From Clostridium sp. (lineage in GTDB: Bacteria; Bacillota; Clostridia; Lachnospirales; Lachnospiraceae), in contig JAEDOC010000001.1 in the NCBI GenBank assembly GCA_016302185.1, positions 1 through 51,047 of the forward strand: DNA of 51,047 nucleotides, given 5' to 3'. Positions 9,185-18,151 of this stretch are shown piece after piece; positions within the stretch are counted from its first letter, which is position 1; the number at the start of each line of letters is the position of its first letter. Made by a program: the position numbers and the translations under genes. The notes under the pieces are model-generated. The model searched no databases. It was not told the DNA's origin and saw nothing but the letters and a program-made list of their open reading frames with translations.

Positions 9185-10363
9185 ATGCGTACATTTTTCG
9201 TGTATCTTTCATTAGAATTAAAGAAAACCATAAAAAGTGTCCCTTATTTTTTCGCAGGAGCAATTGTGCTGGCTTTATTTACCGGCACAATTGCTTTTTC
9301 TGCCGGTAAACTTCTGTATGGAGAGTCTTCTGTCCGGACTATTGAGGTTGGTGTGGTGATGCCCGGGGAGGATGTGCTGGCGAATAAAGCGATGAAGATG
9401 ATAGAATCACTGGACAGTGTGGGAAGTCTCTGTCATTTTACTTATCTGGAGGAGGAAGAAGGCCTTCACCGGCTGAAAAACGGAGAGATTTTTGCGTTGA
9501 TGAAGCTGCCGGAGGGGCTGGTCGAAGGAATTATGGACGGAACGAACCTGCCGGTAACAGTGGTTTTTTCGGAGCATTCGGGGTTGGAAGCCGCTGTGTT
9601 CCGGGAATTGACGGAGGCCGGAAGCTCGATTCTGGACACTTCTCAGGCTGGAATTTATGCGGCGGATGCGTATCTTTATGCGCAGGGGGCAGGAGCGATG
9701 GTTCCTCTGGCTGAGGAGGAATTGAACCGGCTGTTTTTAAGCTATGCGCTGAGCCGTTCTGTTTATTTCCGGCAGGAGACGGTCAGTGCTGTGCAAGATG
9801 TGGGGACGGCAGTCTATTTTGCCATTTCCTCCGCAGTCATGCTGCTTTTATTTCTTGGAATTCCGGCGGCGCCGCTCTGTCGTCCTCTTTCCCCGGTGCT
9901 CAGGCAGAAGCTTACGCTTCTGGGGATCGGACGGTGGAAGCAGACGGCAGTACGCCTTCTCTGCCTGGGCAGCCTGCTTCTTCTGGTATCTCTGCTTCCT
10001 TGTCTCTGGTGTGTCAGCCGCGGATATGTGGAGCGCTCCATCGGGAATGCGGCAATGTGGATCCTAATCTGCATGACAGCGGCGGCCTGGATTCAGATGT
10101 TTTATGAACTTTGCCGGAATACGGCTGCGGCAATTCTGTTCCTATTCACGACAACAGCAGTGATGATATTCATCTCCGGCGGTCTGCTTCCATCTGTGTT
10201 TCTGCCGGAAGCGGTCAGCCGTATCGGCGAATGGACACCGGCAGCCTTCCTGATGGATGGGATTCGCTTCATGGTTACGGGATCAAGTCAGGTGATGAGA
10301 AACCTGCTGTTGACCCTGGGGCTCTGCTATACGGTTTCGGCGGCGGCCGGCGGAAGGGAGTGA
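9185..10363 (+). CDS. ABC-2 type permease
   Basis: One N-terminal TM, a large loop, five C-terminal TMs; ISGGLLPSVFLPE...WTP motif. Confidence 0.85.
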   Translation: MRTFFVYLSLELKKTIKSVPYFFAGAIVLALFTGTIAFSAGKLLYGESSVRTIEVGVVMPGEDVLANKAMKMIESLDSVGSLCHFTYLEEEEGLHRLKNGEIFALMKLPEGLVEGIMDGTNLPVTVVFSEHSGLEAAVFRELTEAGSSILDTSQAGIYAADAYLYAQGAGAMVPLAEEELNRLFLSYALSRSVYFRQETVSAVQDVGTAVYFAISSAVMLLLFLGIPAAPLCRPLSPVLRQKLTLLGIGRWKQTAVRLLCLGSLLLLVSLLPCLWCVSRGYVERSIGNAAMWILICMTAAAWIQMFYELCRNTAAAILFLFTTTAVMIFISGGLLPSVFLPEAVSRIGEWTPAAFLMDGIRFMVTGSSQVMRNLLLTLGLCYTVSAAAGGRE

Positions 10364-10370
10364 GAAGATC

Positions 10371-11426
10371 ATGGGAAAACAAATGAGGTATTGGTTTTTT
10401 CTTTCCTGGAAGCGAGTCGTTCTGCGGCCGTTTTTCGTGCTTCTTTTGTTGCTTTTTCCTGTGGGGGCAGCCTGTTTTCAAAAAGTGGAACAGGAGGATT
10501 CCGGAAAAATTGCCATTGCGCTTTTTACGGATGGCGATGAATGGAATGAAGCGGTGGCAGAACAGCTGCTGAACGAAGAGAGTGCTTTCGCATTTTATCT
10601 CTGCGAAACCAGGGAAGAGTTGAAGGAGGATGTGGCGGCTGGCAGGGCGGAATGTGGGTATTCGTTTCCAGCGGGACTGAGGGAGCTTCTGGAGAAGAAG
10701 AATTACCGTAGTGCTATTCGTGTGACAAAATCGCCGTCTACCGTGGCCGCGGATCTGGCCGGGGAATGCGTTTTTGCCGCTCTGTTCCGTGTATATGGGA
10801 GAGAGCTTCTGGAGCAATATGTGTGGAGCGGGGAGCCCTTTACGTCCCTGGGGAAGAGTGGCAACGGGGACCTCTGGGAGGAGATAGAGCCGATTTATGA
10901 GAAGGCCTTGTCAGATGGAAGCACCTTTTCCTTTGCCTATGAAACAGTGGATGGTACAGCGGCGGAGGAGATGCAGATGAAGGTGTCCTTTCCGGTACGG
11001 GGCATTGGTGCGGTTTTCATCTTTGTGATGGGACTGGCGGCTGCTGTGACAGCGGCTGAGGATGAGCAGAGAGGTCTTTATGCAGCGGTAACAGCCGGAA
11101 AACAGCGGGGAATGCAGGCGATTTCCATCGCTGCGATGACAGCGCTTTCCTGCGCTTCTGTGCTTGTGGCCTTCTCAGTGTCCGGAAATCTCGGGCAGCT
11201 GTGCGCAGAATGCGGTGCACTGGTTCTTTACGGAGGAGTAACCGTGCTTTTTTCGGTACTTCTTTTGGTGCTGCTCCGGAACCCGCTGGTGATATCCGGT
11301 CTGATCCCGTTTTTTATTCTGGGAAGTCTGATTTCCTGCCCTATTTTTGCGGATTTGTCTGTTTTTGTACCGATTCTGTCACGGCTTCGGTATCTTTTCC
11401 TGCCGTGGTATTATCTGATGCGGTAG
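10371..11426 (+). CDS. ABC-2 type permease (second subunit)
   Basis: Same 1+5 TM topology; 7 bp downstream of the previous permease. Confidence 0.8.
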   Translation: MGKQMRYWFFLSWKRVVLRPFFVLLLLLFPVGAACFQKVEQEDSGKIAIALFTDGDEWNEAVAEQLLNEESAFAFYLCETREELKEDVAAGRAECGYSFPAGLRELLEKKNYRSAIRVTKSPSTVAADLAGECVFAALFRVYGRELLEQYVWSGEPFTSLGKSGNGDLWEEIEPIYEKALSDGSTFSFAYETVDGTAAEEMQMKVSFPVRGIGAVFIFVMGLAAAVTAAEDEQRGLYAAVTAGKQRGMQAISIAAMTALSCASVLVAFSVSGNLGQLCAECGALVLYGGVTVLFSVLLLVLLRNPLVISGLIPFFILGSLISCPIFADLSVFVPILSRLRYLFLPWYYLMR

Positions 11427-11506
11427 CAGCTGAAGGATACTTTCGTGTCTGACATCTCCGCATACTACAAATTTTGTATTTGAACCTCTGTTTTCCCCGA
11501 AAAAGA

Positions 11507-11535
11507 TTGCTATTTTTTTACCGAATTATTATAAT
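11507..11535 (+). promoter_or_regulatory. sigmaA promoter of mgtE-gltX
   Basis: TTGCTA-17 bp-TATAAT. Confidence 0.7.
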
Positions 11536-11608
11536 GAAATAGGACAATTTGAACGGAAAAGACTTTGTTGAGGTTCCAAAATGACACAGAGTTTTGGAAG
11601 GAGAACAG

Positions 11609-12964
11609 ATGTTAGAAGACGAGAAGAAAGAGGAAGAGCTTCTGGAACTGGTGGCACAGAAGCGCTATCGGGATGCGAAAGCGATTCTGATAGAGATGAA
11701 TGAAGTGGACATCGCTTCCTTCATAGAAGAACTGGATCCGGAAAAGATGGTAGTCGTATTCAGGACACTGCCCAAGGATCTGGCATCGGATGTATTCGCC
11801 TGTCTGGAGGTGGAACAGCAGCAGCATATCATTACCAGTATTACGGATTATGAGCTTCGTGGGATCATCGATGATCTGTTTGTGGATGATGCGGTTGATA
11901 TGCTGGAAGAGCTTCCGGCGACCATTGTGCGCCGTGTGCTGGTAAACTCCAGTGCCGATACCAGGCAGCTGATCAATCAGTTTTTAAATTACCCGGAAAA
12001 CAGTGCAGGAAGCGTGATGACCGCCGAATATGTGGGCCTGAAGAAGAATATGACGGTAGAGGAGGCCTTTGCCTATATCCGGAAGTACGGTGTGGACAAG
12101 GAGACCATCTATACCTGTTATGTGATGGACGAGAAGCGCCATCTGGAAGGCGTGGTAACAGTCAAGGATCTTCTGATGAATCCCTATGAAACCCAGCTGG
12201 GAGACATCATGGACGAGAATGTGCTGAAGGCGCATACCACGGAGGATCAGGAGAAGGTGGTAGAAACCTTCAATGAATACGGTCTGCTGTCTCTGCCTGT
12301 TGTGGATACAGAGGAACGGCTGGTTGGTATTATCACGGTTGATGACGTCATGGACGTTATGGAGCAGGAGGCAACCGAGGACTTCGAGAAGATGGCCGCG
12401 ATGATTCCCAGTGAGAAGCCGTATTTAAAGACCAGTGTGTTCCGTCTGGCCCTGAACCGGATTCCCTGGCTGACGATTCTGATGCTGAGCAGTATGATCA
12501 CCGGCGGAATTCTGTCGGCTTATGAAGAGGCCTTTGCTGCGGTTCCGCTGCTGGTCACTTTTATTCCCATGCTGATGGGAACCGGAGGTAACTCCGGCAG
12601 CCAGGCCAGTACCATGATCATTCGTGGTATGGCAGTTGGTGAGGTGGAGCCGGCGGATATTCTGAAGGTCATCTGGAAAGAGATCAGGGTTGGTGTAATC
12701 TGCGGCCTGTTTTTAGGCCTCATCAATTATGTACGATTGATGCTTCAGTACCCGGGGAATAATATGATCTGTCTGACTGTAGTGATCAGTATCTTTTTTA
12801 CCGTTATTTTTGCCAAGGCGATCGGCTGTGCGCTGCCGATCATTGCCAAGGTAGTGCATGTGGATCCTGCGATTATGGCGGCTCCGCTGATTACCACCAT
12901 TGTGGATACCTGCAGTATGATGATCTATTTCCAGCTTGCCTGTAGGCTGCTGGATATGATATAG
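11609..12964 (+). CDS. mgtE: Magnesium transporter MgtE
   Basis: N-domain, [13 protein letters not shown] pair, GTGGNSGSQ and [15 protein letters not shown] motifs. Confidence 0.96.
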   Translation: MLEDEKKEEELLELVAQKRYRDAKAILIEMNEVDIASFIEELDPEKMVVVFRTLPKDLASDVFACLEVEQQQHIITSITDYELRGIIDDLFVDDAVDMLEELPATIVRRVLVNSSADTRQLINQFLNYPENSAGSVMTAEYVGLKKNMTVEEAFAYIRKYGVDKETIYTCYVMDEKRHLEGVVTVKDLLMNPYETQLGDIMDENVLKAHTTEDQEKVVETFNEYGLLSLPVVDTEERLVGIITVDDVMDVMEQEATEDFEKMAAMIPSEKPYLKTSVFRLALNRIPWLTILMLSSMITGGILSAYEEAFAAVPLLVTFIPMLMGTGGNSGSQASTMIIRGMAVGEVEPADILKVIWKEIRVGVICGLFLGLINYVRLMLQYPGNNMICLTVVISIFFTVIFAKAIGCALPIIAKVVHVDPAIMAAPLITTIVDTCSMMIYFQLACRLLDMI

Positions 12965-12993
12965 TAGAAAAAACAAATAGGAGTGTGAAGGTT

Positions 12994-14445
12994 ATGACAA
13001 AAATCAGAACCAGATATGCACCGAGCCCGACCGGCAAGATGCATGTGGGAAATTTGAGAACCGCATTATATGCGTATTTAATTGCAAAGCATGAGGACGG
13101 AGATTATATTCTACGTATTGAAGATACAGATCAGGAACGGTTTGTAGAAGGCGCGACAGAGATCATCTATGATACGCTGAAGGATACGGGCTTAAAGCAT
13201 GACGAAGGTCCGGATATCGGCGGTCCGGTTGGCCCTTACATCCAGAGTGACCGTCAGAAGGCCGGCATTTATATGAAGTATGCCAAGGAGCTGATTGACC
13301 GGGGAGAGGCATATTACTGTTTCTGTGATCAGGAGCGGTTAAACAGCTTAAAGAGAACCGTCAACGGTGAGGAGATTATGACCTATGACAAGCATTGTCT
13401 CCATCTCTCCAAGGAAGAGGTTGAGGCCAATCTGGCGGCCGGTAAACCCTTTGTGATTCGTCAGAATAATCCCAGTGAGGGAACTACTACGTTCCATGAC
13501 GAGATTTACGGAGATATCTCCGTGGATAACTCGGAGCTGGATGATATGGTTCTGATTAAATCCGACGGCTTCCCCACCTACAATTTCGCCAACGTGGTGG
13601 ATGATCATTTACAGCAGATTACTCATGTGGTCCGCGGTAATGAGTACCTTTCCTCTTCTCCGAAATACAACCGTCTGTATGAGGCGTTCGGCTGGGAGGT
13701 TCCGGTCTATGTACACTGTCCGACCATTACCAATGAGGAGCATAAGAAGCTGAGCAAGAGAAGCGGCCATTCCTCCTATCAGGATCTGATTGACCAGGGC
13801 TTTGTTTCTGAGGCCGTGGTGAATTTTGTAGCGCTTCTGGGCTGGTCTCCGGAAAACGATCAGGAGATTTTCTCTCTGGACGAGCTGATTAAAGAATTTA
13901 ACTATAAGAAGATCAGCAAGTCTCCGGCGGTATTTGATATGGTGAAGCTGCGCTGGATGAACGGCGAATACATTAAAAAGATGGAGTTTGACCGCTTCTA
14001 TGAGATGGCAGAGCCGTATCTGAAAAAGGTAATTACGAAGGATTTGGATCTGAAGAAGATTGCAGCTATGGTGAAGACCAGAATTGAGGTATTCCCGGAT
14101 ATTGAGGGACATATTGATTTCTTTGAGACATTGCCGGAGTATGATCCGCAGATGTATGTTCATAAGAAGATGAAGACAACGGAAGAGACTTCCCTGAAAG
14201 TGCTGACAGATGTACTTCCTCTTCTGGAAGCGCAGGAGGATTTCTCCAACGATGCGCTGTTTGAGACCTTATCTGCCTATGTGGCGAAAGAGGGTGTGAA
14301 GACCGGCTTTGTGATGTGGCCGATCCGTATCGCGGTATCCGGAAAGCAGATGACACCGGCCGGTGCGACGGAGATCATGGAGGTTCTTGGAAAGGAAGAG
14401 TCTTTGACCCGTATCCGCAAGGGAATCGAGCTGTTAAGCAAATAA
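12994..14445 (+). CDS. gltX: Glutamate--tRNA ligase
   Basis: [12 protein letters not shown] (HIGH), LRIEDTD, THVVRG, KKLSKR (KMSKS). Confidence 0.98.
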   Translation: MTKIRTRYAPSPTGKMHVGNLRTALYAYLIAKHEDGDYILRIEDTDQERFVEGATEIIYDTLKDTGLKHDEGPDIGGPVGPYIQSDRQKAGIYMKYAKELIDRGEAYYCFCDQERLNSLKRTVNGEEIMTYDKHCLHLSKEEVEANLAAGKPFVIRQNNPSEGTTTFHDEIYGDISVDNSELDDMVLIKSDGFPTYNFANVVDDHLQQITHVVRGNEYLSSSPKYNRLYEAFGWEVPVYVHCPTITNEEHKKLSKRSGHSSYQDLIDQGFVSEAVVNFVALLGWSPENDQEIFSLDELIKEFNYKKISKSPAVFDMVKLRWMNGEYIKKMEFDRFYEMAEPYLKKVITKDLDLKKIAAMVKTRIEVFPDIEGHIDFFETLPEYDPQMYVHKKMKTTEETSLKVLTDVLPLLEAQEDFSNDALFETLSAYVAKEGVKTGFVMWPIRIAVSGKQMTPAGATEIMEVLGKEESLTRIRKGIELLSK

Positions 14446-14477
14446 GTCGGAGCTTCCGACACAGGAACGTACAGAAG

Positions 14478-14510
14478 AAGGAGTGCTGCAGAACGGCGGC
14501 ACTCCTTTTT
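14478..14510 (+). terminator. gltX terminator
   Basis: AAGGAGTGCTGC-agaacg-GCGGCACTCCTT followed by a T-run. Confidence 0.8.
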
Positions 14511-14564
14511 CAGAACAGCTGCGCCTGGCGCAGCAGAGAAGAATAGGGTAAGGATACAAGAAGA

Positions 14565-16409
14565 ATGGGATTCAGTGAAGCACAAAAGACGGCGATCTGC
14601 CATCGGGAAGGGCCGATGATGGTATTGGCCGGACCGGGTTCGGGCAAGACAACGGTAATTACCCACCGGGTTCGTTTCCTGACCGAACACTGCGGGATCC
14701 GGCCGTCGGATATTCTGGTAATTACCTTTACCAGAGCGGCTGCGGCGGAGATGAAGGAACGGTATGAATCGCTGGCCGGTCATTCTTCCGGCGTGGCCTT
14801 TGGCACCTTTCATTCCGTGTTCTTCCGAATTCTGAAGCTGGCCTACCGGTATACGGCGGACAATATTGTCCGGGAGGAACAGCAGCAGACCTTTCTTCGG
14901 GAGCTTCTGGAGAAGGAGGAGATGGAGCCTGAGGATGAAAATGAATTTATCGCGTCCGTTCTTACGGAGATCAGTTCGGTAAAGGGAGAACGGATCGACC
15001 TTAGCTGTTATTATTCCAGAAACTGTCCCGATGAGATCTTCCGGCGTCTGTATACGGGTTATGAGAACAGAATGCGGGCGGAAGGGTTGATTGACTTTGA
15101 TGATATGATGGTCATGTGTCTGGAACTGTTTCTTCAGAGAAAGGATATTCTTTCTGCCTGGCAGCGGCGGTACCGTTATATTCTGATTGATGAATTTCAG
15201 GATATTAACCGTATCCAGTATGAGATTGTACGGATGCTGGCAGAACCGGAACGGAATTTATTCATTGTGGGAGATGACGATCAGTCTATCTACCGTTTCC
15301 GTGGTGCCAGACCGGAGATCATGCTGGGCTTTGAGAAGGATTATCCGGAGGCAAAACGGGTTCTTCTGGATGTGAATTACCGTTGTACGGCAGAGCTTTC
15401 TGCCGCCTCTCTGCGGCTGATTGAATGGAATAAGAAGCGTTTTCCTAAGGCTATCCGAACGGCGGGTGCCAGAGGAAAGGGGGTAATTACCCGGAAATTT
15501 CCGGAACCGGCGCAGGAAAACAGGACAATTGCCGAAGAACTTCTGGCCTATGCAGGGGCAGGAATTCCGTATGGAGAGATGGCGGTCCTGTACCGGACGA
15601 ATTCCTGCCCCCGGTTTTTGATGGAGAAGTTGATGGAATATAATATCCCCTTTTGTACCAGGGATACAGTGCCGAATCTTTATGATCACTGGATTGCTTC
15701 TGATATCCTTACCTATATCCGCCTGGCTATGGGAAGCAGGAGCCGGAGTGATTTTCTGCAGATTATGAATCGGCCGAACCGGTACATCAGCCGGGACAGC
15801 CTGCCGGAGGAGACAGTGTCCTTTGAACGTTGGCGGGCTTATTATCAGGAGAAGGACTGGATTGCAGATCGGATTGAGAATCTGGAATACGATTTAAAGG
15901 CAGTGAGCCGGATGTCCCCGCTGGCGGCGGTGAATTATATCCGTCAGGGGATGGGGTATGACAAATATCTGGAAGAGTATGCCCGATTTCGGCGGATGAA
16001 GCCGGAGGAGCTTCTGGAGACGGCGGATCAGCTCCGGGAGAGCGCAGCGTCCTATCGTACCTTTGAAGACTGGTTTTCCCATATCCGGGAGTACGGTGAG
16101 GAGCTGAAACGACAGATTGCCCTGCGGCGATCGGAAGCGGATGCGGTTACCCTGGCGACGATGCACAGCTCCAAGGGACTGGAATTTTCCGTAGTGTATA
16201 TTCTGGATGCCAACGAGGGGATCACGCCCCACAGCCGGGCGGTACTTCCTGAGGATGTAGAGGAGGAACGGCGGCTGTTCTACGTGGCCATGACCAGGGC
16301 AAAGCGGCGGCTGCACGTATATTATGTAACAGAGAGGTATCACAAGCCGGCGGAATGTTCCAGGTTTGTGAAGGAATATCTGGGAATTGAGAAAAGCGAC
16401 AGGAGGTAG
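14565..16409 (+). CDS. UvrD/PcrA-family SF1 DNA helicase (short paralogue)
   Basis: AGPGSGKT, TFT, IDEFQD, VGDDDQSIYRFRGA, TMHSSKGLEF, EEERRLFYVAMTRAK. Confidence 0.95.
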   Translation: MGFSEAQKTAICHREGPMMVLAGPGSGKTTVITHRVRFLTEHCGIRPSDILVITFTRAAAAEMKERYESLAGHSSGVAFGTFHSVFFRILKLAYRYTADNIVREEQQQTFLRELLEKEEMEPEDENEFIASVLTEISSVKGERIDLSCYYSRNCPDEIFRRLYTGYENRMRAEGLIDFDDMMVMCLELFLQRKDILSAWQRRYRYILIDEFQDINRIQYEIVRMLAEPERNLFIVGDDDQSIYRFRGARPEIMLGFEKDYPEAKRVLLDVNYRCTAELSAASLRLIEWNKKRFPKAIRTAGARGKGVITRKFPEPAQENRTIAEELLAYAGAGIPYGEMAVLYRTNSCPRFLMEKLMEYNIPFCTRDTVPNLYDHWIASDILTYIRLAMGSRSRSDFLQIMNRPNRYISRDSLPEETVSFERWRAYYQEKDWIADRIENLEYDLKAVSRMSPLAAVNYIRQGMGYDKYLEEYARFRRMKPEELLETADQLRESAASYRTFEDWFSHIREYGEELKRQIALRRSEADAVTLATMHSSKGLEFSVVYILDANEGITPHSRAVLPEDVEEERRLFYVAMTRAKRRLHVYYVTERYHKPAECSRFVKEYLGIEKSDRR

Positions 16410-16413
16410 AACG

Positions 16414-16956
16414 ATGGGACTGGTGCATATCTACTGCGGGGATGGCAAGGGAAAGACAACAGCTGCCGTCGGACTGGCACTGCGGATGGCCGGAAACGGC
16501 AGAAGGGTGATTCTTGTGCGCTTTTTAAAGCATGAGGATTCCGGGGAGGTTCATGCCCTTCGCAGGATTCCGGGTGTGGATGTGCTGCCCTGTACGGAAT
16601 ACTTTGGTTTTACCTGGCAGATGACCGTGGAAGAGAAGCGGCAGACCGCCAAGAACTGCAATAGACAATTTCAGGAGGCCTGGGAGATGGCGGTGAGCTT
16701 ATGCGAAAGCAGAGAGACGGATGCGGATGTGCTGCTGGTGCTGGATGAGGCTGCAGCCGCGCTGGAACACGGGTTTCTGGAGTTATCCGGGGTGCTGGAT
16801 TGTGTGGATCGCCGGCCGCCGAACCTGGAGATGGTCTTTACCGGACGGAGAATGCCCGGAGAGCTTCTGGGGCGTGCGGATTACGTCACGGAGATGAAGG
16901 AAGTCTGTCATCCGTATGCCAGGGGAATCCGGGCCAGAAGAGGCATTGAATACTAG
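16414..16956 (+). CDS. Cob(I)yrinic acid a,c-diamide adenosyltransferase (CobO/BtuR family)
   Basis: HIYCGDGKGKTTAA, LVLDE, FTGR, ADYVTEM..HPY..GI.AR.GIEY; AGGAGG RBS. Confidence 0.9.
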   Translation: MGLVHIYCGDGKGKTTAAVGLALRMAGNGRRVILVRFLKHEDSGEVHALRRIPGVDVLPCTEYFGFTWQMTVEEKRQTAKNCNRQFQEAWEMAVSLCESRETDADVLLVLDEAAAALEHGFLELSGVLDCVDRRPPNLEMVFTGRRMPGELLGRADYVTEMKEVCHPYARGIRARRGIEY

Positions 16957-17009
16957 AACTGGTTGTTATTGGGGGATACAGGACCAAAAGAGAAAGGAAC
17001 GAGCAGAGA

Positions 17010-17645
17010 ATGAGGATGGCACAAATGAGAAACACACCCCGTGTGATTACAAAGGAAGATAGAGAGGCATGCCTTCGGCAGCTGGAGGAGGAGAATCCGG
17101 GGTATTTAGAGATGGAAGAGAGACTTCGGATGATTGTCCGGATTCTGACGGGGGTCCGGATCCTGTACAGTATTTTTTATCTGGCCATGTCGCTTCTGTA
17201 TGAGATGCCGCTGATCAACGCGGTGGTCAATTTAATCAGTCCTTTCTTTTTTTATGTCTGGTACAGCTATATGCTGCAGTCCGGAAGAATGATTGCGGTT
17301 TTCATGCTGCTGTTCCGGACCGGAAGCATTATTTATGGAGGCGTCTCCCTTCTGGACATGAGCTTCTGGCTGCCGTACCCGCTGATTTTTCTGCTGACGC
17401 TGGCAATCCTCATGGAGTTTACGGAATCTGTGTTTTGTATTTATGTCCTGTTTCATTCGGATGCGGCTCAGGCCATACGGCTGAACCGGGAGCTTGAACG
17501 CCGGCTGCAGGCAGGGGTGGTGGCACCGGGAAAGCTGGAACAGATGGCGGCATATCGGAATGCGTGTGACGGAGAGGAGGACATGAATCGGGAGGAACCG
17601 GAAGAAAAAGAGACCGGAAAAAACAGTGAGGAAGAACAGGCGTAA
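17010..17645 (+). CDS. Hypothetical membrane protein (about 4 TM, acidic C-tail)
   Basis: Four hydrophobic segments; fills the gap between neighbours; start uncertain. Confidence 0.7.
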   Translation: MRMAQMRNTPRVITKEDREACLRQLEEENPGYLEMEERLRMIVRILTGVRILYSIFYLAMSLLYEMPLINAVVNLISPFFFYVWYSYMLQSGRMIAVFMLLFRTGSIIYGGVSLLDMSFWLPYPLIFLLTLAILMEFTESVFCIYVLFHSDAAQAIRLNRELERRLQAGVVAPGKLEQMAAYRNACDGEEDMNREEPEEKETGKNSEEEQA

Positions 17646-17652
17646 ATAATCC

Positions 17653-17681
17653 TTGATTTTTCCACCGGCCTCTGCTAAAGT
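17653..17681 (+). promoter_or_regulatory. sigmaA promoter candidate for the DUF1292 gene
   Basis: TTGATT-17 bp-TAAAGT with TG extension. Confidence 0.55.
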
Positions 17682-17717
17682 GTAGATAGAAAAAATGACC
17701 AAAGAAAGAGGTATCTT

Positions 17718-18053
17718 ATGGCAGAAGAAAAGAATTTAACTCCGGACGAGATGGACGGTGAAGAGATGACAGTGACGCTGACTCTGGATGACGGCAAGGA
17801 ACTGGAATGTGTTGTACTTACCATTTTCCCGGCAGGCGATAAGGAGTATATTGCCCTGCTTCCGATTGAGGATGAAGAAGCGGAGGACGGAGAGGTATAC
17901 CTGTACCGCTACACAGAGGATGAGGATGGACAGCCGAATCTGGAGAATATCGAGGATGATGATGAGTACGAGATCGTTGCCGATGCGTTCGATGAGCTTC
18001 TGGATGAGCAGGAGTATGATGAACTGGTCGGAGAAGACGAACTGGATGATTAA
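17718..18053 (+). CDS. DUF1292 domain acidic protein
   Basis: VTLTLDDG...EYIALLP...VYLYRY...LENIEDDDEYEIV pattern. Confidence 0.88.
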   Translation: MAEEKNLTPDEMDGEEMTVTLTLDDGKELECVVLTIFPAGDKEYIALLPIEDEEAEDGEVYLYRYTEDEDGQPNLENIEDDDEYEIVADAFDELLDEQEYDELVGEDELDD

Positions 18054-18063
18054 TCTGTAACAT

Positions 18064-18093
18064 AAGAGGTCCTTCCTTTGGAAGGGCCTTTTT
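18064..18093 (+). terminator. Terminator after the DUF1292 gene
   Basis: AAGAGGTCCTTCC-ttt-GGAAGGGCCTTTTT. Confidence 0.75.
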
Positions 18094-18151
18094 CCGTTAT
18101 AAAAGAGTTTGCTGGGGTAAGGAAACGATTTGAATAAAATGGAGAAAGAGC

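Noticed and set aside
11430..11608. M-box (ykoK) riboswitch upstream of mgtE
   Set aside because: The promoter leaves a leader of only about 70 nt, and no M-box core or terminator is visible.
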